A DNA stretch of 64,000 nt from Anaeramoeba ignava BMAN (Eukaryota; Protista; Anaeramoebae), in contig JAPDFW010000066.1 in NCBI GenBank assembly GCA_028826165.1, positions 1 through 64,000 on the forward strand, written 5' to 3'. Shown piece after piece: positions 45,565 to 61,131 of the stretch. The translations under genes were made by a program, and so were the position numbers. How positions within the stretch are numbered: position 1 is the stretch's first letter; the number at the start of each line of letters is the position of its first letter. The notes beneath the pieces were generated by a model. That model searched no databases. It saw only the letters and a program-made list of their open reading frames with translations, and was not told the DNA's origin.

Positions 45565-46150
45565 AATTTAAAATTCAAATTCAAATTAAAATTCATTTAA
45601 AATTAAAATTAAATTAAAATTAAAATCAAAATTAAAATTAAAATTAAAATTAAAATTAAAATTAAAATTCGTTTATAAAATTAAAATTAAAATCGGATAA
45701 AAATAAAATTAAAATTAAAATTAAAATTTAATTTAAAATTTAAATTAAAATTAAAATTAAAATTAAATTCAAAATTAAAATTAAAATTAAAATTAAAATT
45801 AAAATTAAAATCAAAATTAAAATTAAAATTAAAATTAAAATTAAAATTAAAATCAAAATTAAAATTATAATTTAAAATTAAATTCAAAATTAAAATTTAA
45901 ATTTAATTTAAATTCAAAATTAAAATTAAAATTAAAATTAAAATTAAAATCAAAATTATAATTTAAAATTAAATTCAAAATTAAAATTAAAATTCATTTA
46001 TAAAATTAAAATTAAAATTAAAATTAAAAATAAAATTTAATTTAAAATTCATTTATAAAATTAAAATTAAAATTCGTTTATAAAATTAAAATTAAAATTA
46101 AAATTAAAATTAAAATTAAAATCGGATAAAAAATAAAAAATTAAAATTTA
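45565..46150. repeat. Intergenic (AAAATT)n microsatellite
   Basis: Hexamer runs. Confidence 0.85.
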
Positions 46151-46195
46151 AATTTTTTGAATTTTCATTTTTTCTTCTTCTTTTTTTTAAAAAAA

Positions 46196-48851
46196 ATGTT
46201 AAATCAAAATGAATTCATTTTACAAATTATTGAATCAATTAAAAAAGAACAATTTCAAGAATCAATTTTAAATGAAATTTCAAAAGATCGTTCAAAAACT
46301 CAAAAATTCATTTCATTTTCAAAAGAAATTCCAATTAATTTAAAAGAAATTCTTAAATTAGAAAAAAATTTAAAAGAAAATTTAATAAATTTAAATGAAA
46401 ATTTATCAAAAATTATTTGTTATTTGAATTATTTTTATCAAATGATTTGCAAGTTTCAATATAATCTACTTAAAGGAAATATTGATGAATGGCTAAATGT
46501 TTTAAAATCCTTTATTGATTTTAAAAATATTCAATTATTTAAATTGATGAAAAAAATTTTTATTCAATTATTATTAAAAAAAGATTATGAAAATTTCCAT
46601 TTTTTATTTCTTTATTATTTCGAAAATGATTCAGAAAATGTTTTTAAAATATTTACAAAGTTTATTAAATTAGATTCTTATGTAATTAATTTATTATTTA
46701 AAAAAAACAAAAATTGGAAATTTTTTTAAAATTTGAAAATTTTATTTAGTGTTTTTTTGACCAAATGAATCAAATTTTAAAACATAAACATTATCAAAGT
46801 TTTTGTGTTAATTTAATTTTAAAAATGATGGTTTTAATTGAAGTAAATTTTTTTATTAAAACAAATTAAATTGAAAAAAATTTAATTGAAAAAAAATTTT
46901 TAAAAGAAAAATCAAATTGCTTCAATTATGGATACTTCTTTATTCTCATCATTAATTTCAATCTCAAAATCAGATAAAAATACTCTTGATATCATTTCTT
47001 CTACTTGGATACTTTGTATTATAATTTCAACTTTTCAAAATCCACATTTAATTTCAAAACATCAAAAAGATTTTTTCCAAATATTTCAAAGATTAATAAT
47101 TATTTCAAATGAAAGAAAAACTAAATCTCAAATAACAATAGATACACTAAAAAATTATATCAAAGAATTCCAAATTCAAAATCAAAATAATTCTTTCTAT
47201 TCCAAAAAAAGAAACTCAATTCAAAATGATGATGATCCTTTTCTTTTTATAAATTATATTGAAATAATTTCAAATATCAAGAAAAAAGAACAAGAATCAA
47301 TTAAGAATTTAAAAAATTTTCAATTGAAAAATTATCAAAATATTATTCATCATCTTCATTTTATTCATTTAAAAAAATGTATAACTGAACTTTTAATTCT
47401 TTTATATGGATATTTTCCAAAAGAGTTTATTGATTTAATTCATAAAGAATATTCATCTAAAAAATCAAAACAAAGATTTGATTTAATTTCTTCATTTTTG
47501 AATAATTTATTTGTTCATCCAAAACTTTTTGATGATAAATTTGAAAATTATGAAGAAGTTATTCAAAAAATTAAGACTCATTTTGTTCAAGAAAATTTAA
47601 ATTTAAATTTAGATGAAAATGAAAATGAAAATTTAAATGAAAATGAAAATTTAAATGAAAATGAAAATGAAAATGAAAATGAAAATGAAAATGAAAATCT
47701 AAATGAAAATTTAAATGAAAATCAAAATCAAATTGAAATTGATTCAATAGAAGAAAATATAAAAACTTCACAAGAAATGATTCTAATATTAAATAACTTT
47801 CAACAAAATTGTCAATTTAAAATTAAACCTTCAATTTTCCAAAATTTGAAAAAAAGTTTAAAAGATATTGATTTAATCAAAATGGAAAAAAATCAACTTG
47901 ATATTCAACAATTATTACAAGAAAACAATACATTAAAATGTTCTATACTTTGTCTTGAAAACGAAGTCATTTTCCACAATTTTTTACTTAATAATTATTT
48001 AATTTTAAATCTCAAACAAAACTCACAAAATAATATCCAAATCAAACAAGAAAATGTAATTGAAAATTTTAAAGCAACTGAAACAATCCAAAATAAAATC
48101 ATAATGGAAACAAAAGAACAACTTCAATTCCTTCAAAAATTCTTGTTGAAAATGAAAAAACCAAAAACTAAATGAACAAAAATATCTCAACAAACTTGAA
48201 AAATTTGCAACAGAAAATCATAATTTGAAAAGAAGTAATATCATTTTACAAAGAAATTTAGATGAAGATCGACTTATAAGTCAAAATTTAAACAAACAAC
48301 TTAAAATTTCTCAATCAAAAGTGTTTCCTTTAGAAATCAAAATTAGATATTTAATGGAAAAAATCCAAAAACTTCAATCAATCAAAGAAAAGAATAAAAT
48401 TCTTAAAGCAAATCTCCAAATATCAAGTACAATGTCTCAATTTTATCCTTTAATTGTTGAACAAAATAAAGATCTTGAAAATGAAAATTTATTCAAAAAT
48501 CAAAAAATCAAAGAATTGAATTCAAAAAATTTAAATTATGAATCAAAATTATTTAAATTGCAAAATGAAATTGAAAATTTTGAAATCAAAATATCTTCTC
48601 TTCAAAAATCAAATTCTGATTTCCAAAAAAAGAACCAAGAATTATATTCTTCTTTAATTAAACAACAAAGTTCATTTCAACAAAATATTCGAAATATTCA
48701 AACTAAATATGAAAATGTTGTTGAAGATTCATTAAGAAAAGACAGAAAAATTTTGGAATTGGAATCAAAATTGGAAACTATTCAAGTTAAATTATTTTCA
48801 ACAAATCGTGAAAGTTCTTTATTAAATGAAAATGAAAATTTAAAAAAATAA
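46196..48851 (+). CDS. TSC1: TSC1/hamartin-like protein; exons 46196-46681, 46750-46842, 46907-48851, one frameshift near 48160
   Basis: LFSSLISISKSD...DFFQIFQRL and LYGYFPKEFIDLIHKEY...LFVHPKL parallel the hamartin motifs LLKCLKMD...DFFDIFGRL and LYGMYPCNFVSFLRSHY...VRIHPEL as I recall them. Long C-terminal coiled coil. Confidence 0.65.
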
Positions 48852-48897
48852 AAAAATTCAAAAATTCATTTTTCATTTTTTCATTTTTTAAATAAAA

Positions 48898-50375
48898 ATG
48901 GAAACTTATTTAAATTTAGAAAAACTTTCAAATGATTTAAAAAATTTATTTCAAAATCAAAATGAAAATGAAAAAGAAAATGAAAATTATTTTGATTTTG
49001 AAATAATTTGTGAACAAAATCAAATTTCATTTAAAACTCATAAATCAATTCTTTCTTCAAGAAGTGAATATTTTAAATCTCTTTTTAATTCCAAAATGAA
49101 AGAATATCAAGAAAATAAATTAATTCTAAAAGATGTTTCAAGTTCAATTCTATTTTCAATTTTAAATTATTTTTATTCAGGAAAGATTGAAATTAATTCA
49201 GAAAATGCAATTGAAATTTTAATTTTTTCATCAAAATATTTAATTGATGAATTAATTGAATTTTCTTTAAATTTTATCAAAAAGAATTTACAAATTGAAA
49301 CTGTTATTGATATACTTAAATTATCTGAATCAATGAACTTAAATCAATTATTAGAATCTTGTTATCAATTTATTTATCAAAATTTTGAAAAATTTATCAA
49401 AACTTCATTTTTTCTTGAACTTGAAGAAAATCATTTAAATTCAATTTTATTAAATGATTATAATCTAATAGATGAATTTGAGCTATTCCAATCAATAATA
49501 AAATGGGGAAAACATAAATCAAATATTAATCAAGAAAAACAAAATCAAAAACTTGAAAAAGAAGAAAAAGAAAAATTACAAGATCAAATTTCAAATATTA
49601 TTGATAAAAATCAGATTTATTGATTTCTCAAAAGAACAACTTGAAGATATTTTTGAAACAAGATTTAATTCCAAATCAAATTTCACAAAAATTAAATGAA
49701 TTTCAAAAATTTCAAAATGATAAAGAAATCAATCAATTTATTCAAAAAGAAAATCAAAAATTCATTCATTTTCAAATCAAGAATTAAATTTGATTCGAAA
49801 ATTATTCAAGATATTCTATATTTCAAAAATTAAAAGAATGGATAAATGATAATGAATTCTTTTCTAAAATGAGAAAAGGATTTTCAGCAAAAAGAGATGG
49901 ATTTGATTCTCGAAATTGGCATTCAAAATGTGATAATAAAGGAAAAACATTAATTGTTATCAAAACCAAAGATAATTTTATTTTTGGAGGATTTACTCAA
50001 ATTGGATTTACAAATGATAAATCAAAATGGAGAAAACAAGATAGAAATGATACAGAAGGATGGATTATTGATCCAAAAGCTTTTATTTTTTCATTAAGAA
50101 ATGATAAGAATGATAGAAAACCAGAGAAATTTAAAATCAAACAAGGTGAAGAGCAATTTGCAATTCATTATACTTTAAATAAAGGTCCAATTTTTGGATT
50201 TGGAATTGTTGGAGATATTTCCTTAAATTATGATTTACAATCTGGTTCTTCAAATTTTGGTTTTAGCTACAATTTACCTAAAGGAATTAAATCTAATACG
50301 AATGAAGCTCAAAGTTATTTAGCTGGTTCTTATTATAAATGGGTTGTTGATGAACTTGAAACTTATTTCATTTAA
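48898..50375 (+). CDS. BTB/POZ-BACK-TLDc domain protein (frameshifted ~49610-49830)
   Basis: FDFEIIC...FKTHKSILSSRSEYFKSLF..MKE; ELFQSIIKWG; AKRDGF...WHSKCDNKGKTLIVIKT...IFGGFT...AFIFSL...GPIFG...ELETY. Confidence 0.9.
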
Positions 50376-50454
50376 TTTCATATTTTTCATTTTTTTTTCA
50401 AAATTCAATTCAATTTTCATTTACTTTCAATTAAATAAATAAAAAACAAATCTA

Positions 50455-53400
50455 AATTTAAAATAAAATAAATTTAAAATAAATTATTATTAAAATTAAA
50501 TATTTATATTTATTAAAATATTTATTCCACTTTTTTTTAATATTTTTTTATAATTAATATTAAATTAATAAATAATTAAAAATATCAAATTAATAAATAA
50601 AATACTTATTTCAATTTAAAATAAAATAAATTTAAAATAAATTATTATTAAATATTATTAAAATTAAATATTTATCTTTATTAAAATATTTATTCCACTT
50701 TTTAATATTTTATTATAATTAATATTAAATTAATAAATAATCAAAAATATTAAATTAATAAATAAAATAATTATTCCAATTTAAAATAAAATAAATTTAA
50801 AATAAATTTAAAAATAAATTATTATTAAAATTAAATATTTATTTTTATTAAAATATTTATTCCACTTTTTTTTATTATTTTTTTATAATTAATATTAAAT
50901 TAATAAATAATCAAAAATATTAAATTAATAAATAAAATAATTATTTTAATTTAAAATAAAAATAAATTTAAAATAAATTATTATTAATTATTATTAAAAT
51001 TAAATATTTATCTTGATTAAAATATTTATTCCACTTTTTAATATTTTTATAATTAATATTAAATTAATAAATAATTAAAAATATTAATTTAATAAATAAA
51101 ATAATTATTTCAATTTAAAATAAAATAAATTTAAAAATAAATTATTATTAATTATTATTAAAATTAAATATTTATATTTATTAAAATATTTATTCCACTT
51201 TTTATTATTTTGTTATAATTAATATTAAATTAATAAATAAATAAAAATATTAATTTAATAAAATAAAATAATTATTTCAATTTAAAATAAAATAAATTTA
51301 AAATAAATTATTATTAATTATTATTAAAATTAAATATTTATCTTTATTAAAATAGTTGGTAAAAATAATATTTTATTATAATTAATATTAAATTAATAAA
51401 TAATTAAAAATATTAATTTAATAAATAAAATTATTATTTCAATTTAAAATAAAATAAAATTAAAATAAATTATTATTAATTATTATTAAAATTAAATATT
51501 TATCTTTATTAAAATATTTATTCCACTTTTTAATATTTTATTATAATTAATATTAAATTAATAAATAATCAAAAATATTAATTTAATAAATAAAATAATT
51601 ATTTCAATTTAAAATAAAATAAATTTAAAATAAATTATTATTAATTATTATTAAAATTAAATATTTATTTTTATTAAAATATTTATTCCACTTTTTATTA
51701 TTTTATTATAATTAATATTAAATTAATAAATAATTAAAAATATTAATATAATAAATAAAATAATTATTTCAATTTAAAATAAAATAAATTTAAAATAAAT
51801 TTAAAATAAATTATTATTAAAATTAAATATTTATATTTATTAAAATATTTATTCCACTTTTTATTATTTTTATAATTAATATTAAATTAATAAATAATTA
51901 AAAATATTAAATTAATAAATAAAATAATTATTTCAATTTAAAATAAAATAAATTTAAAATAAATTATTATTAAAATTAAATATTTATATTTATTAAAATA
52001 TTTATTCCACTTTTTTTTTATTATTTTTTTATAATTAATATTAAATTAATAAATAATTAAAAATATTAATTTAATAAATAAAATAATTATTTTAATTTAA
52101 AATAAAATAAATTTAAAATAAATTATTATTAATTATTATTAAAATTAAATATTTATTTTTATTAAAATATTTATTCCACTTTTTAATATTTTATTATAAT
52201 TAAAATTAAATTAATAAATAATCAAAAATATTAATTTAATAAATAAAATAATTATTTCAATTTAAAATAAAATAAATTTAAAATAAATTATTATTAAAAT
52301 TAAATATTTATTTTTATTAAAATATTTATTCCACTTTTTTTTTTTAATATTTTTTTTATAATTAATATTAAATTAATAAATAATTAAAATATTAATTTAA
52401 TAAATAAAATAATTATTTCAATTTTAAAATAAAATAAATTTAAAATAAATTTAAAATAAATTATTATTAAAATTAAATATTTATATTTATTAAAATATTT
52501 ATTCCACTTTTTTTATTATTTTTATTATAATTAATATTAAATTAATAAATAATTAAAAATATTAAATTAATAAATAAAATAATTATTTCAATTTAAAATA
52601 AAATAAATTTAAAATTAATTATTAATAATTATTATTAAAATTAAATATTTATCTTTATTAAAATAGTTGGTAAAAATAATATTTTATTATAATTAATATT
52701 AAATTAATAAATAATTAAAAATATTAAATTAATAAATAAAATAATTATTCCAATTTAAAATAAAATAAATTTAAAATAAATTTAAAATAAATTATTATTA
52801 AAATTAAATATTTATCTTTATTAAAATATTTATTCCACTTTTTTTTTTTATTATTTTTTTATAATTAATATTAAATTAATAAATAAATAAAAATATTAAA
52901 TTAATAAATAAAATAATTATTTCAATTTAAAATAAAATAAATTTAAAATAAATTATTATTAATTATTATTAAAATTAAATATTTATCTTTATTAAAATAT
53001 TTATTCCACTTTTTTTTTATTATTTTATTATAATTAATATTAAATTAATAAATAATCAAAAATATTAAATTAATAAATAAAATAATTATTTCAATTTAAA
53101 ATAAAATAAATTTAAAATAAATATTATTAAAATTAAATATTTATATTTATTAAAAATATTTATTCCACTTTTTTTTTATTATTTTTTTATAATTAATATT
53201 AAATTAATAAATAATTAAAAATATTAAATTAATAAATAAAATAATTATTCCAATTTAAAATAAAATAAATTTAAAATAAATTATTATTAATTATTATTAA
53301 AATTAAATATTTATATTTATTAAAATATTTATTCCACTTTTTTTTTTATTATTTTTTTATAATTAATATTAAATTAATAAATAATTAAAAATATTAATTT

Positions 53401-53590
53401 AATAAATAAAATAATTATTTCAATTTAAAATAAAATAAATTTAAAATAAATTATTATTAAAATTAAATATTTATATTTATTAAAATATTTATTCCACTTT
53501 TTTTTATTATTTTTTTATAATTAATATTAAATTAATAAATAATTAAAAATATTAAATTAATAAATAAATTCAATTTAAAATAAAATAATT
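50455..53590. repeat. AT-rich minisatellite, ~165 bp unit, ~19 copies
   Basis: aaaatatttattccacttt occurs 17 times, plus 2 variant units (aaaatagttggtaaaaata). Confidence 0.95.
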
Positions 53591-53682
53591 ATTTCAAATT
53601 ATTTTTTTTTTGTGATTAAAATATTTTTTATTCAATTTAAAATGAAATGAAATGAAATTTTTATTTATCTTTATTAAAATTG

Positions 53683-55450
53683 CTATTTTTGATTAATCAA
53701 TTTATCAATTCTCATTAATTCTCCAACAACAATCAAAATCATTTTGGATTTCACTTCAACAATATCTTCAGGTAAAGCGAAAATGGAGGCGCCAATCTTT
53801 CTGCAAAGCGAAATGGCATAAAGAGCATTATTCATACATTCTTCATCAGAATTTCCGCTTTGAATAAAATTATAATTGATTGCTTTTGGAGAAATTGAAT
53901 AAACTAAATCAATCAAAAAAATTCCGTTTTGAAGCGAGCGATCTTTGAAGTTGGGAATGGAGGATTGCTTCCCAGCCGATTCAATCTTAGTATTTGCCCA
54001 AGTGACGATATCCTTGTCAGTTATTCTTCCAGATTGAATAACATTGAGTTTTGTGAGGATTGTTTTGATATGATATTCCATTGCTTGCCAAACAAACCCG
54101 AGAATCAAAGTTTTGTTTCCTTCTTGGATATTTTCACCCGAGATGTTGATTAAATGCAAATGGAGTGATTTCCCCAATTCAATAACATAATTGCAATTCT
54201 CCAATTTTTTGAAAACATCATTTGGAACCAAGTTGACTTTTTTCCAGTTGACGAGATTAGGCTCAATTTTATCAATCACCTTCAAAATCACCAAACCGTC
54301 GCGTAAATCCTTGGAAAGATCATAAACCTTCGGCTGGATTCCCATGCTGTTGATCCATATTCTCAGCGCCCGTTCTTCTCTTGTTCCTGCTCGATCGTGA
54401 TCGTCAAACACGATTTTTTGTGCTTGTTCTTTCGAGATTGAAATTCCAGAACGAGTGTGGAACAAAAGCGCAAGAAAAGCCGCGTTTAATTGGTCGTATT
54501 TTCCCGACATTATTGTTTGCGCTGAGATGAATTGTTTGCAATCCAAATTTGACGCGAATTTTTCAATCATTTTCGCTTGAATATCGGGATCTGTTTCCTT
54601 TGCAAATTCCGCAAGAGGACACAATTGAGGGCTTAATTGGTTCATCAACGTTGCAAACACGATTGGTTGCTGGAGATCCTCGGAAAAATTCTGGATAATC
54701 CTTTTCTCGCCAGCCCTGTGAATGTGGTAGTTAATCCATTTCAAAAGAATATTTTCTGGCGGAATTTTATTGATTTCATCGATTAATTCTTGTGATAATC
54801 CCTTCTTGTTGTTTTCGTCAAATAAAACCACAATTTCTGGGTGTTTGATGATTTTCAAATTCGAAAATAACCCAAGTTTGATAATCTCCCAAGTTAGTTG
54901 CAATATCGAAGATTCATCTCCATTCAGCAATGATTGCGGTTCAATTTCCGAAACATTGCATCCAATCCATTTTGCCGAATTAAGGCATAAGTTGTGATTT
55001 TCAAGTGAGGATTCCTCGTTGATTTCATAGTTGATTGCTCTGTTGTCAATTGTTAAAGGAAAACTATCGTTGATTAACTTGCAAAGCAAAACTCCATTCT
55101 TCGCTGCTTCTAAAAGATCCGCGGATTTTGTTCCGATTGGCAGAATATTGATTAAATCCCGATCGTATTTTAATCTCAAATTTATATATCCAACCAATTC
55201 CTTCTCAAGTAAATCAACACTTCTTTTTGATTCAATTTTCCCCTTCAAATTTTCAATAGTCTCTTTTAACTTCGCATTCTCTTCTTCAATTTCTTCCCCT
55301 TTTTCTTTGTCTGTTGCAATTATTTCTGTTGAAAATTCAAGTTTTTCTTTTAATATCTTGTTTTCTTCTTCAAGATTCTGTATTTTTTGGTTCAAATCCT
55401 CAATTTTTCTTCGCATATTCCTTGTTCAGAGAAGACATTGTTTCCTGAAA
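53683..55450 (-). CDS. Fimbrin/plastin-like actin-bundling protein (4 CH domains) with coiled-coil N-terminus; 5' end uncertain
   Basis: GVLLCKLIN..P.TIDNRAIN, ENHNLCLNSAK.IGC, PENILLKWINYH, TREERALRIWINSMG, KLENCNY, IVTWAN, NALYAISLCRKIGA..FALPEDIVEVKSKMIL. Confidence 0.92.
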
Positions 55451-55836
55451 ATCTAATTTTTCTTTTTCATTTTCTAAATTCAAAAAAAAAAGATGAGCAC
55501 AAATTAATATTTTGATGTTTCCATTGTTTGAAATTTTTGGATCAAGAGTACTTTTTTCATCTTCGAGTTGTGATATTTTTGATCAACTCTTCTTCTCTTC
55601 TTTTCCCGTTTTCAATTTGCTTTTTAAAGATTCGTAATTGATTTTGTTTAAATTATCGACAACCTTTTCTTCCTTCATACAAAATTTACGGGAAAAAGTT
55701 GATAATTTATATTTTTGGAACTAATTCATTTGTTTTTGTTGATTTTTCTAAGTTGTTAAAAATGATATAAAATCAAACGATTAAATTTTGAGAATATATT
55801 TAGAAAATATTTAAAAATATTTAAATTGAAATCAAC

Positions 55837-56133
55837 TTTTTCAAGTGGACAATCTATCAAGGAATATAAAAAACTACTAAATCCAAATCCAATTCCTTGA
55901 AGAGCTGCTTCTTTAGTTGTGGATTTAATTACTGACAATAATCTTTGTTTTGGTGATTGCTGTTGATGATCAGCAAAAGTTAAAATCAAACCAAAAATTC
56001 CTCCACAAAAAGTGCCTAATTTAAAACCAGAAATACCATTTTCTAATGCTTTCAAAAAACAATTTTCTTCATCTTCTATTTGGGATTTTTTTTTTGAATT
56101 TTTTCCTAATAGAAAAGGGTTTAAATTTTGCAT
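55837..56133 (-). CDS. Tim17/Tim22/Tim23-family protein, first exon only (TM1-TM2)
   Basis: ENCFLKAL..GISGFKLGTFCGGIFG (GxxxG) ...GIGFGFSSFLYSLIDCPLEK|gt, including the two Cys typical of Tim22. No TM3-TM4 exon visible. Confidence 0.65.
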
Positions 56134-56217
56134 TAAAATTTTAAAATTCAAAAAAAGAAAAAATGAAAAATGAAAAATTTTTTTCATTTTTCCTTTTCAA
56201 AATTTTAAAATTATAAA
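56134..56217. promoter_or_regulatory. Compact bidirectional promoter with opposed TTTCATTTTT motifs
   Basis: Two divergent ATGs 84 bp apart, with aaatgaaaaatgaaaaa immediately followed by ttttttcatttttcc. Confidence 0.5.
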
Positions 56218-57891
56218 ATGCAAAACGAAATCAAAAATCAATTTCCTTCAGGAAATAATTTTAAAGCAAAAAGAAAAATTGGAAAAGGTTCTTATGGAAC
56301 AGTTTATTTAGGAAAAACTTTAAAAACAAAAGAAATTTGTGCAATTAAAAAAATTGATATCCAAAAAAATTTCAATCAAAAACAAATTATCAGAGAAATT
56401 CAAATTATGAAAAAAGTTAAACATGAAAATTGTGTTAAATTATTTTTTATTGAACCAGAAAATTATCAAAAAGTAATTCAATAAAAAAAAAATATCAAAA
56501 ATTTCCAAATTAAAATTTAAAATTTAAAATTTAAAAAGTCTGATTTAATTTATGTTGTTATGCAATATTGTAATATGAATGATTTAAATCATTATATCCA
56601 ATCAAAAAACAAAAGAATTTCTATTGAAGAAATGAAAGAAATATTTAGGCAAATTCGTATAATTTTCTTTTTTATAAATTAAAATTAAATTAAAATATAA
56701 ATTAAAATTTAAATTAGTTCAAGGATTGAAATATTTATACCAAAAACAAATTGTTCATCGTGATTTAAAACCTGAAAATATTCTACTTCAAAAAAATGAA
56801 GATTCAAAATTTGGATATTCAATTAAATTAGCTGATTTTGGATTTGCAAGAAAAATTCCAAAAGATGATTTAGGAAAACTTCAGAAAATGCAATCCTTTG
56901 CTGGAAGCCCTTTATATATTGCTCCAGAAGTTTGGATTATTATTTTAAAAAACTAAAATATTTATTTAAATGCAAATTATTTCAAAAAATAGATTTTATT
57001 TGGTGAATCTTATACTTCAAAAGTTGATTTATGGAGTTTAGGTGCAATTTTATATGAAATTATTACAGGAAGTATACCTTTTCAAGCAGAAAATATAAAC
57101 GATTTAAAACTTATTTATAAAAATACGACAAAAAAATCACTTCCAAAAAAAGTTTTAGTAAATAAATTGAAAATATATTATTTCAAATTAATTAATTAAT
57201 TAATTCATTTATTTATTTAATCCAAAAAAAAAAGAATGTTGTTCCAAAAGAATGTAATGATTTAGTTGAAAAATTATTAACTGTTGATCCTGAATTAAGG
57301 ATTTCAAGACAAGATTTACATAATCATCCTTTTATTTTTGAAAAATTAGTAAACTATTTAAATTCCAAAAAAATTATTCAACAAATTTAAAAAAAAATTC
57401 ATTTTAATAAATAGAAAGAATCAGTGGAAAAATCACAAAGTTTATTAGATTTAGAAAAGGGAATAATTGGAATTACAAAAGAAGATTTTGAAAGCAAAGA
57501 AAATGATAAACTTTCATTTAAAAAAGGAGAAGTAATTGAAATTATTAAAATTAAAAAAGATAAAGAAATTTGTGAAGGAATATTGAAAGAAGAAAAAGGA
57601 ATTATTGAATTAAAATCAATTGATTTATATCAGAAAATTGAAAATATTTTTTCAATAATTGAATCAAATAATCAAATTAAAAAATTTCAAAAAAGAATTA
57701 TTGGAATTACTAAATATAGATATCAAGCAAATCAATTTTCATTACCAAAAGGAGAATTAGTTGAAATTACACTTATAAATGGAGAGAGTAGTTCTTGTGA
57801 AATTCAATTTGAAAATCAAAAAGATGAAATTCCTCTTTCATTTTTGGATTTTTATGAACAAATTGGAGGAAATAATGGAAATCAAAAATAA
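56218..57891 (+). CDS. Ser/Thr kinase (ULK/Atg1-like) with two C-terminal SH3-like domains, paralog 1 (6 exons)
   Basis: [54 protein letters not shown]3-like DFESKENDKLSFKKGEVIEI. Five short GT-AG introns. Confidence 0.9.
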
Positions 57892-58170
57892 ATTAGAAAA
57901 AAGAAAAGAGATCATTTTTTGAATCAAATTTTTGCTTTTTTTTTATTTAAAAAAAGAAGAAAAATGGAAAAAAAAAATTATTTCTTTTGAAATAAATTTC
58001 TTCATTAAAAAAATCAATATTTAATTCATAAAAACTCAAATTTGAATATAAATAGCTTTTTATAAAATAATTTTTAATTTAATTTAATTAACGAAAACAA
58101 AATTTCAATAAAAAATTTATTATTAAAAAATTTTTTCATTTTTTTCTTTTTTCCTTTTTAAAATTTTAAA

Positions 58171-60685
<2,515 letters not shown>

Positions 60686-61131
60686 AAATCAAAATTAAAA
60701 ATTAAAATTCAAATCAAATTCAAATCAAATTTAAAATTAAAATCAAAATTCAAATTCAAAATCAAAATCAAATTTAAAATCAAAATCTAAATTAAATTTA
60801 AAATCAAAATAAAAATCAAAATTAAAATTAAAATTAAAATTAAAATCAAAATTAAAATTAAAATCAAAAATCAAAATAAAAATCAAAATTAAAATTAAAA
60901 TCAAAATTATAAATCAAAATCAAAATCAAAATTAAAATTAAAAATTAAAATTAAAATTAAAATTAAAATTAAAATTAAAATTAAAATTAAAATTAAATTC
61001 AAATCTAAATTTAAAAGAAAAGAGATCATTTTTTCCACTTTTTTTTAACCAATTTTTTTTTTGCTTTTTTTTTTCATTTTTTTTTTCTTAATTTTCTTTT
61101 TTTCTAAATAAAAATAACGTAAAAAAAAAAA

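Noticed and set aside
48140-49870. Programmed frameshifting or an alternative genetic code to explain broken ORFs
   Set aside because: Breaks are mostly indels in homopolymer runs. PFO and MCEE translate cleanly with the standard code, and TAA, TAG and TGA all serve as stops.
50455-53590. Regularly spaced repeats resembling a CRISPR array
   Set aside because: The whole unit repeats, there are no unique spacers or cas genes, and the context is eukaryotic. The same applies to the other three arrays.
53760-55150. Higher GC in fimbrin and mid-PFO as a sign of recent HGT
   Set aside because: Fimbrin is a eukaryote-specific gene and PFO has introns; long exon interiors may simply be less AT-biased.
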